Positions 57,697 to 64,000 of a stretch of 64,000 bases of DNA are shown here, in pieces. A model generated the notes under the pieces. That model saw only the letters and a program-made list of their open reading frames with translations. It did no database searches and was not told where the DNA came from. This DNA comes from Chitinophagales bacterium (GTDB taxonomy: Bacteria > Bacteroidota > Bacteroidia > Chitinophagales > JAHQVX01): NCBI GenBank assembly GCA_965215685.1, contig OZ244113.1, positions 2,429,652 through 2,493,651 of the forward strand. Direction: 5' to 3'. A program made the translations under genes and the position numbers. How positions within the stretch are numbered: position 1 is the stretch's first letter; every line of letters begins with the position of its first letter.

Positions 57697-58005
57697 TTAC
57701 CTTTTGAAGATTCGCTTAAAAAATTTTTTCTCAAACTCCCAAAAGAACTTGAATTGGCCAAAGATAAAGCCATAAATGAGCAAAAAGAGATTGTAAACAG
57801 GAAGGATGAGAATATAGTACAGAATGGTGAATAGAATGGGTTGTTTTCCATCTTCGGTGAATAAAGAAACGATGGGTTTTTTTAAAAACATAATAGTAAA
57901 ACCGGTACAGCCAAAAACAAGCAGAATAATAAAAACCTGCTTACGGCCTACTCCCCACCTATCCTCGAGCTTTTCAACCCAGTTTTTCTTTGGTTTCTTT
58001 GTCAT
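57697..58005 (-). CDS. Small two-TM membrane protein (hypothetical)
   Basis: The track ORF starts at 58014. Met at 58005 forms an ATGA overlap with the upstream gene stop. Two hydrophobic helices. Confidence 0.6.
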   Translation of the reverse strand: MTKKPKKNWVEKLEDRWGVGRKQVFIILLVFGCTGFTIMFLKKPIVSLFTEDGKQPILFTILYYILILPVYNLFLLIYGFIFGQFKFFWEFEKKFFKRIFKR

Positions 58006-59138
58006 TCTACCCAATCGGCCACAAATATATTGGTGTCTCTCGTATCGCCATTATTTCTGTTAGAGGCAAATACAATGTGCTTGCCATCGTTGCTAAACAT
58101 TGCGAAGGAGTCAAAGGCATCATCATAGGTTATTTGCTCTAATCCGCTACCATCTGTATTGATCATAAACAGATTGAAGGGAAAGCCACGCTTGCTTTTA
58201 TGATTAGAGCTAAAAATCACCTTCTCACCGCCTGGATGAAAGAATGGTGCCCAGTTGGCGTTGCCCAAATCGGTTATCTGTTTAAGATCGCTGCCATCGG
58301 CATTACACATAAATAACTCCATTTCCGTTGGTTGTACCAGGCCCCGGGCCAGCAGATCTTTATAGGTTTTAACCGCTTCATCGGTTTTTGGCCTCGATGC
58401 TCTAAAAATGATCTTACTCCCATCCGGACTAAAGAATGCGCCGCCATCATAGCCCAGCTCATCAGTGATCTGCGTAATCTCACTTCCATCGAGGTTTGCG
58501 GTGTATAATTCAAGGTCGCCGCTGCGGGTGGAAGTAAAAACGATCTTATCACCTTTGGGAGAAACGGTGGCTTCGGCATCATAGCCGGGTCCGCTTATAA
58601 GCTTTTCTGTGGTTTGGCCACCATCCCGGGTAATGTAAATATCAAAATCGGCATAAATTGGCCAAACATAGTGACCTGCATTGGGTGGCGGTGGTGGCGG
58701 GCAGGCATCTCCGCCTTCGTGTGTAGAAGCATACACAATGGTTTGATTATCAGGAAAATAGTAGGAGCAAGTAGTACGCCCTTTACCTGTGCTCACCATG
58801 GGGGCTTTCAATTCCACCTTATCGGCCCAGGGATCCATAGTGAATATTTGATCACACTCAACGCCCCAATTTCTGTTGTTACTTTGGAAAACGAGCATTT
58901 TATCATCAAAACTCCAGTAGGCTTCTGCATTGTCTCCACCAAATGTAAGCTGACGTATGTTCTTAAAATGTTTTTCCTGTTCGTAGATCAAACTGTCTTC
59001 TCCGTACTTGTTGTTGACTACTTCCTTGGTTTGTTCAACATCCTTGGTTTGTTCAGCTTTTTTCTTGCAAGAAGTCAGGCTTAAGAAAACAATAGTTACA
59101 ATAAGAATATAAATAGTGTTGTTAGCTTCTTTTTTCAT
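58002..59138 (-). CDS. TolB-like beta-propeller (PD40/WD40-like repeat) lipoprotein
   Basis: The track start is TTG at 59147; ATG at 59138 (MKKEANNTIYILIVTIVFLSLTSC) is more likely. Repeated SPDG/SPKGDKIVF PD40-type motifs. Confidence 0.8.
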   Translation of the reverse strand: MKKEANNTIYILIVTIVFLSLTSCKKKAEQTKDVEQTKEVVNNKYGEDSLIYEQEKHFKNIRQLTFGGDNAEAYWSFDDKMLVFQSNNRNWGVECDQIFTMDPWADKVELKAPMVSTGKGRTTCSYYFPDNQTIVYASTHEGGDACPPPPPPNAGHYVWPIYADFDIYITRDGGQTTEKLISGPGYDAEATVSPKGDKIVFTSTRSGDLELYTANLDGSEITQITDELGYDGGAFFSPDGSKIIFRASRPKTDEAVKTYKDLLARGLVQPTEMELFMCNADGSDLKQITDLGNANWAPFFHPGGEKVIFSSNHKSKRGFPFNLFMINTDGSGLEQITYDDAFDSFAMFSNDGKHIVFASNRNNGDTRDTNIFVADWVE

Positions 59139-59295
59139 GGGTGGCAAAGTTAATCGCCGGTTAGAATTTTCTGCGACTCAAAGCTGAAAATGACAAATGA
59201 TTTACAATGTAAAAGGCCTGTCTTAAAGAGAAAATTTTCCAAGAATCGTTAGAATGAGCCAGCCGCTAATTTAACAGCATAGAAGTAGATGTAGC

Positions 59296-59545
59296 CTTAC
59301 ATGCCCTTATATACCTTATGTGGTTCAAAAATAATTTAACCATATAAGTTCATATAAGGCTGTTCATATAAGCACATATAAGCGGTGTTCCACTCTTCGG
59401 CATGCTCTGAGCTCTACGCTTCCCGATTATACGAAGCAAGCGATTGAGAAAGATATACCAACCCTTACATGCCCTTATGTGGTTTCAAAAACAATGCACT
59501 ACTAGCCCTATAAGTTCATATAAGCACATAAAAGCACTGCTCAAA
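59296..59545 (+). repeat. CTTATGTG-type elements (C): right tip, one full 147-bp copy (59338-59484), partial left end
   Basis: About 90% identical by eye to 57466-57660. The full copy runs AACCATATAAGttCATATAAG...CATGCCCTTATGTGGTT. Confidence 0.7.
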
Positions 59546-59572
59546 CCTTCTTAAGGCTTAGGGCAATGGTTC

Positions 59573-62302
59573 TTAATGAACGATCAGTTTCAAAGTTTCA
59601 TTCCGGTTAATGCGAACCAGATACATTCCGACTGCCAGGTTATTAGTTGGAAGAAGCATGACATTTTTACCGGTATGATCCCTTGTAAACATCAATTTCC
59701 CGGTTGAATCAAATATCTCAACATAGCGGATATTATGAGCTACGAGTTCCACTTCTTTACCTGATCTTTTAACCGGATTCGGGAATAATTTGGCCGCATC
59801 TAATGAAGAGGATACCTCAACCGCTATAATATCGGAATATGCAAACGTTCCGTCAAAATCAACCTGTTTTAAACGGTAGTATAACACATCATACCCCAAT
59901 AGAGCTGCATTTTTATGTGTAAAGCCATATACTGCAGCAACGTTGGTCGTTCCCTGTCCCTTTACATTACCAATAGATGAGTAATTTATACCATCAGTTG
60001 AAAACTCCACATCGAAGTAGTCATTATTTTCTTCACTGGCGGTTTTCCACTGAAGAGCTACGTTGTTGTGTTCTTGCTCACCAGTGAACCACAATAATTC
60101 TACAGGTTGAAGTATCGGGTCGATAAAACCAATTACGCTCAGATCATCAAAGACAAAGCCGTCTTCTACAACAGAACCATCAGAAGCGAATGTTAATCGA
60201 ATAAAGATGTCACCGGATGCCAAAGTGTTAATGTTAGCACTTCCGGTATAGGCCGACAAATCAAATTCCTCCATAACCCAGGCAAAATTCTCACCTTCGT
60301 ACACCGGTTCTCCCTGTGGTTGCCGGCTGTTCGGTGCTCCGGGTTTGGAATATTTACCGCATAAGGTTGTCCATGATGCTTTGTCGTCATCTGAGATCTG
60401 TACTTGAACGAAATCTGCCTGCCTCTCCGTATCCCATTTGGCATACATTTGAAGTACTGCACTGTCAACACTACTTAAGTTAACGGGATTAATCAGAGTT
60501 AAAGTTTTACTTTGATTGTTTCCGTAGTTACCAGAGGCAGATTCGGTTATGGCACTTGATCCGGAAAATGAATCAGATGTCAGTTCCCAACCGTTTCCTG
60601 TCCAGTTTAATAACCCATCAGTATCAGGATCATCACTAAAGAGAACCATTGGGTCAAATACTTTCGTAATTTCTTCATCGTACAAAGTGAAGTCGCCATT
60701 GGATAATTGTACCTTGAAAACAACTTCTTCATTGGAGATAGTTTTGCTGTCCAGGGTAAAATTTACATCAACTCTGTTAGCGTTAAGGCTCAGAAATCCC
60801 GGGTTGTTGAAGTTGTGCACGTTATTGGAAACCGAAACGATGTTGGAAGAAACCGGAGTAACGGTAAGTGTATAATTTCCATCGGTTCTGCCCAATCTTT
60901 CAAGGCCAAATGTTAAGATTCCGTTCAATGCAGAAATATTGGCGGTAGTATAGTCATGTATTTGGGCATATTTGCCTGTGTAAGCGGCAAGGGTAAGATT
61001 GGCTAAAACAAATTCCTTACATTGGGGCAAAATAGACGAACTGGGAGGATAGAAACCTCCTGTAGGCGAGATCTCCGGAGTAAATGCAAATATTTTTGGT
61101 TTTTGTGCCAGGTCTTCTGCGTACATCCAGTCGTCCGATTCACCCCCTATTGGGGAAAGCAGCCACCCGTCGCCATAATTAAAGCGGTTTAATTTGGTCA
61201 TATCGTGTGTCCACCGCCTTAGAATGTCGTAATCTGCAGGTGGATTCGGGTCTCCATCAGCCCACTGGTGGAAAAGAAGGCCGCCCGACGTATGTGCATT
61301 CATAGCCGTTTTAAACTCATGGTTGAAACAAAACTCTCTGATCATTTGTGTTTCGGCTTCTGAAAAAGGATTGGGACCTCTGTATGTTTCACCAGAGCAA
61401 TTACTTGTAGAGCCTATACCCCAACTATAGGAATAGTTCCTGTTCAGATCAACCCCTACACAGCCTCCGCCAAGGTTTCTCCTGTTCTTGCGCCACCAAT
61501 TATCTACGTTACTCACATAGTTGTACCCGTCGGGGTTTACACAGGGAATGAAGTACAGTTCATGGTGGTTAACAATATTGGTTATAAATGGATCTGATCC
61601 ATAGTTTTCCAGCAGATACCACATGGTATAGATCAATTGCATCATACTTACGGGTTCACGGGAATGGTGCAGAGAAGTGTATAGGGCCTCCGGTTCGCCG
61701 GCTTCATCTGTGTCAGGATTGTCACTGATGCGAAGCATATATACATCACGATTTTCGGCAGTTTTAAGCGTACTGCTTATGGGAGTTGGTGCCGAAATTA
61801 AGTTTGGGTATTTGGCACGCATGTCATTCAACTCGGCCATAAGTTCGGAGTAGTTGAGATTACCTGATAAACTGCCTAAATTAAAATTTGTGGGGGTTAC
61901 AATATTATCGGAGATACAAGCGGAAGGCTGTAACCCGCTTTCGATCAAATTGAGTAAGCTAAAATCCTGATCTTTGGATCGTGCTTTGTCATACTCTAAT
62001 TCGTTCAATGCTTTTGCTTTTTGAGCCGGTGTTTCACCAGGTAAAGTGCTCAGATCTTCATGTATAAAGGAAAATTCCAAACCTTTTGCCTTAAGTAATT
62101 TCAACTCATGGCTTGATACTATGACTTCAAGATTACCATCAATAAATCGTCCTCCACACTTTACATCAACACCCATGTCCGCAATTTCCTTAATGGTTTC
62201 GGTTTTTATGCCGGAGAAGTTAATCTTGGAGTAGGTTGTTTCCTGGGCAGGAGTAAATTGGCTTGCTATAAAGAGAAAAAATACAGTGTAAAAATATTTC
62301 AT
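59573..62302 (-). CDS. M14-family zinc carboxypeptidase with T9SS C-terminal sorting domain
   Basis: 909 aa. HHSREPVS (HxxE zinc site), VNPDGY, WRKNRR. C-terminal KLFPNP...GMYLVRINRNETLKLIVH sorting domain. Confidence 0.85.
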   Translation of the reverse strand: MKYFYTVFFLFIASQFTPAQETTYSKINFSGIKTETIKEIADMGVDVKCGGRFIDGNLEVIVSSHELKLLKAKGLEFSFIHEDLSTLPGETPAQKAKALNELEYDKARSKDQDFSLLNLIESGLQPSACISDNIVTPTNFNLGSLSGNLNYSELMAELNDMRAKYPNLISAPTPISSTLKTAENRDVYMLRISDNPDTDEAGEPEALYTSLHHSREPVSMMQLIYTMWYLLENYGSDPFITNIVNHHELYFIPCVNPDGYNYVSNVDNWWRKNRRNLGGGCVGVDLNRNYSYSWGIGSTSNCSGETYRGPNPFSEAETQMIREFCFNHEFKTAMNAHTSGGLLFHQWADGDPNPPADYDILRRWTHDMTKLNRFNYGDGWLLSPIGGESDDWMYAEDLAQKPKIFAFTPEISPTGGFYPPSSSILPQCKEFVLANLTLAAYTGKYAQIHDYTTANISALNGILTFGLERLGRTDGNYTLTVTPVSSNIVSVSNNVHNFNNPGFLSLNANRVDVNFTLDSKTISNEEVVFKVQLSNGDFTLYDEEITKVFDPMVLFSDDPDTDGLLNWTGNGWELTSDSFSGSSAITESASGNYGNNQSKTLTLINPVNLSSVDSAVLQMYAKWDTERQADFVQVQISDDDKASWTTLCGKYSKPGAPNSRQPQGEPVYEGENFAWVMEEFDLSAYTGSANINTLASGDIFIRLTFASDGSVVEDGFVFDDLSVIGFIDPILQPVELLWFTGEQEHNNVALQWKTASEENNDYFDVEFSTDGINYSSIGNVKGQGTTNVAAVYGFTHKNAALLGYDVLYYRLKQVDFDGTFAYSDIIAVEVSSSLDAAKLFPNPVKRSGKEVELVAHNIRYVEIFDSTGKLMFTRDHTGKNVMLLPTNNLAVGMYLVRINRNETLKLIVH

Positions 62303-62362
62303 ACAAGTAAAATATTTAATTTAATAATTACTACGTGTTTTGCATGAGGTTCTTTATTTTAT

Positions 62363-62396
62363 ATAACAGCACCGGCAAAACTGCCGGTGCTGTTAT
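62363..62396 (-). terminator. Strong hairpin downstream of the SdrD-like gene (no clear U-tract)
   Basis: ATAACAGCACCGGCA-aaac-TGCCGGTGCTGTTAT (15-bp stem), 15 nt after the stop at 62411. Confidence 0.4.
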
Positions 62397-62410
62397 AGGG
62401 CTTATCCTAA

Positions 62411-64000
62411 TTATCGTATTATCAGTTTCAACGTTTCTTTCCGGTTAATACGCACCAGATACATTCCTGTAGCCAGGTTGGAAGTTGGCATTATGGTTAC
62501 ATTTTCACCGGCATATTCCTTGTGGAACATTAATCTTCCCTCTAAACTGAACACTTCAATAAGTTGAATGTCTTTGGCAAGTACGGTTACTCCTTTACCC
62601 GATCTTACACCCGGATTTGGGAATAATTTCGCCTCTTTTACAGAGCCGGTAACTTCAACCGCTACAATATCAGAATATTCGAATGTTCCGTCAAAATCAA
62701 CCTGTTTTAAGCGGTAGTATAACACTTCATACCCAAGGTTCACTGCATTTTCATGCAGATAGGAGTAGTAAGACGTTTCATTTGTCGTACCATTTCCGGA
62801 TATTTCGGTTAAAGTGTTAAATGTTATGCCGTCAACTGAGTATTCAACCACAAATTTGTCGTTATTCTCCTCGGTTGCGGTTACCCAATTTAATTCAACA
62901 TCATCATTGATAACTTCTGCGGTAAAGCTAACAAGTTCAACAGGCAGGGAAGTAAGGAATTCGGTAAAGTTATTATCTGCGCTAGCTGCACCCGGATTTA
63001 CCACAATCAACTGAACATCTCCAACAATATTCAAATCTCCGCCATCGGTATCTCCCATACTTGAATAATCTGCCGGTTGGGTCTGTACCACCTGATAGTT
63101 CCCTGCAGGAACATTGGTGAAAGTATAATTCCCGTTACTATCCGTGGTTGCGGTGATCGGATTGTTTGATACATCTAATACCGGATTTCCGTTTTCATCC
63201 ACCAGGTTGAGTTCAACGTTTTGTAGTGGTGTGTCCACATTTCCATTTCCTGTAGTATCAGCCCATACACTTCCGCTTATGCTGCCCAATTCCTGATCTA
63301 CAAAATCATTACCGCCGCTGTCGGCTCCCGGTGTTACGGTTATCGGAGTTTCATCTCCTACGGTATTGTTGTTTGCGCCATCTACATCGCTTACGCTTAT
63401 ATAACCTGTAGGATCTGTTTCCACTACCTGATAGTCGCCGGCGGGTACATTATCAAAGCTGTATGTACCATCAGCTGCTGTGGTTGTGGTGATTGGATTT
63501 CCGCTGCCATCCAATACAGGTGATCCGGTGTTGTCATATAAGGCCATCGTTACTCCCGATAGGGGTGTGTCGCCTGCTCCGTCGCCAGTGGTGTCAGCTA
63601 ATACCGTACCGCTTATACTACCCAGATTGGTATCTACAAAATCATTACCGCCGCTGTCGGCTCCCGGTGTTACGGTTATCGGAGTTTCATCTCCTACGGT
63701 ATTGTTGTTTGCGCCATCTACATCGCTTACGCTTATATAACCTGTAGGATCTGTTTCCACTACCTGATAGTCGCCGGCGGGTACATTATCAAAGCTGTAT
63801 GTACCATCAGCTGCTGTGGTTGTGGTGATTGGATTTCCGCTGCCATCCAATACAGGTGATCCGGTGTTGTCATATAAGGCCATCGTTACTCCCGATAGGG
63901 GTGTGTCGCCTGCTCCGTCGCCAGTGGTGTCAGCTAATACCGTACCACTTATACTGCCCAGATTGGTATCTACAAAATCATTACCGCCGCTGTCGGCTCC
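62411..64000 (-). CDS. SdrD B-like / Cna-B-type repeat protein with T9SS C-terminal sorting domain; the N-terminus lies beyond the window
   Basis: The frame stays open to nt 64000. Units of 112 aa (336 bp): GSISGTVLADTTGDGAGDTPLSGVTMALYDNTGSPVLDGSGNPITTTTAADGTYSFDNVPAGDYQVVETDPTGY.... C-terminal KLFPNP...GMYLVRINRKETLKLIIR. Confidence 0.8.
   Translation of the reverse strand, partial: GADSGGNDFVDTNLGSISGTVLADTTGDGAGDTPLSGVTMALYDNTGSPVLDGSGNPITTTTAADGTYSFDNVPAGDYQVVETDPTGYISVSDVDGANNNTVGDETPITVTPGADSGGNDFVDTNLGSISGTVLADTTGDGAGDTPLSGVTMALYDNTGSPVLDGSGNPITTTTAADGTYSFDNVPAGDYQVVETDPTGYISVSDVDGANNNTVGDETPITVTPGADSGGNDFVDQELGSISGSVWADTTGNGNVDTPLQNVELNLVDENGNPVLDVSNNPITATTDSNGNYTFTNVPAGNYQVVQTQPADYSSMGDTDGGDLNIVGDVQLIVVNPGAASADNNFTEFLTSLPVELVSFTAEVINDDVELNWVTATEENNDKFVVEYSVDGITFNTLTEISGNGTTNETSYYSYLHENAVNLGYEVLYYRLKQVDFDGTFEYSDIVAVEVTGSVKEAKLFPNPGVRSGKGVTVLAKDIQLIEVFSLEGRLMFHKEYAGENVTIMPTSNLATGMYLVRINRKETLKLIIR

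Noticed and set aside
1-64000. tRNA, rRNA, riboswitch or tmRNA genes
   Set aside because: I scanned the intergenic regions by eye for T-loop-like GGTTCGAATCC motifs, rRNA-like conserved blocks and familiar riboswitch cores, and found none. A covariance-model scan (tRNAscan-SE or Infernal) would be needed to exclude them rigorously.

Overview
This window looks like a chromosomal segment of a Bacteroidota genome. Evidence: several proteins with T9SS C-terminal sorting domains, a gliding-motility type B sorting domain, TonB-dependent receptors and a zeaxanthin operon. No rRNA, tRNA or CRISPR array was recognised.

Most genes are housekeeping: uvrC, pyc, fba, lhgO, ldcA, metG, mmsA, the rpsF-rpsR-rplI operon, dnaX, folA and purL. 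There is also a CarH/LitR-type MerR regulator next to crtI-crtB-idi-SRPBCC-crtZ-lycopene cyclase, and five large secreted or T9SS cargo genes.

Mobile DNA consists of an IS1595-type transposase fragment at the left edge, a tiny IS4/IS1634-like relic, and one apparently intact IS3-family element (orfA/orfB with an A7G slippery site).

The most striking observation is at 32.3-40.8 kb. A giant minus-strand adhesin gene built from near-identical 249-bp (83-aa) HYR-like units is interrupted by a 5,001-bp block of 20 such units in the opposite orientation, with two sharp junctions (34848|34849 and 39849|39850). This is either a real recent rearrangement or switch, or a chimeric-read or assembly artefact. 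I cannot tell which from sequence alone.

The second theme is a dense set of structured intergenic repeats, all in 3' gene-flanking spacers:
- about 124-147-bp MITE-like elements whose inverted termini are tandem 'stutters' ending AACCA...TGGTT and covary between subfamilies;
- a 4 x 196-bp three-hairpin array between pyc and fba;
- a BIME-like mosaic of palindromic units after dnaX;
- two copies of a G/C-rich palindromic motif that sit in frame inside purL.

All calls come from reading the sequence and recalling protein families. No searches were run, and repeat and IS boundaries are approximate.
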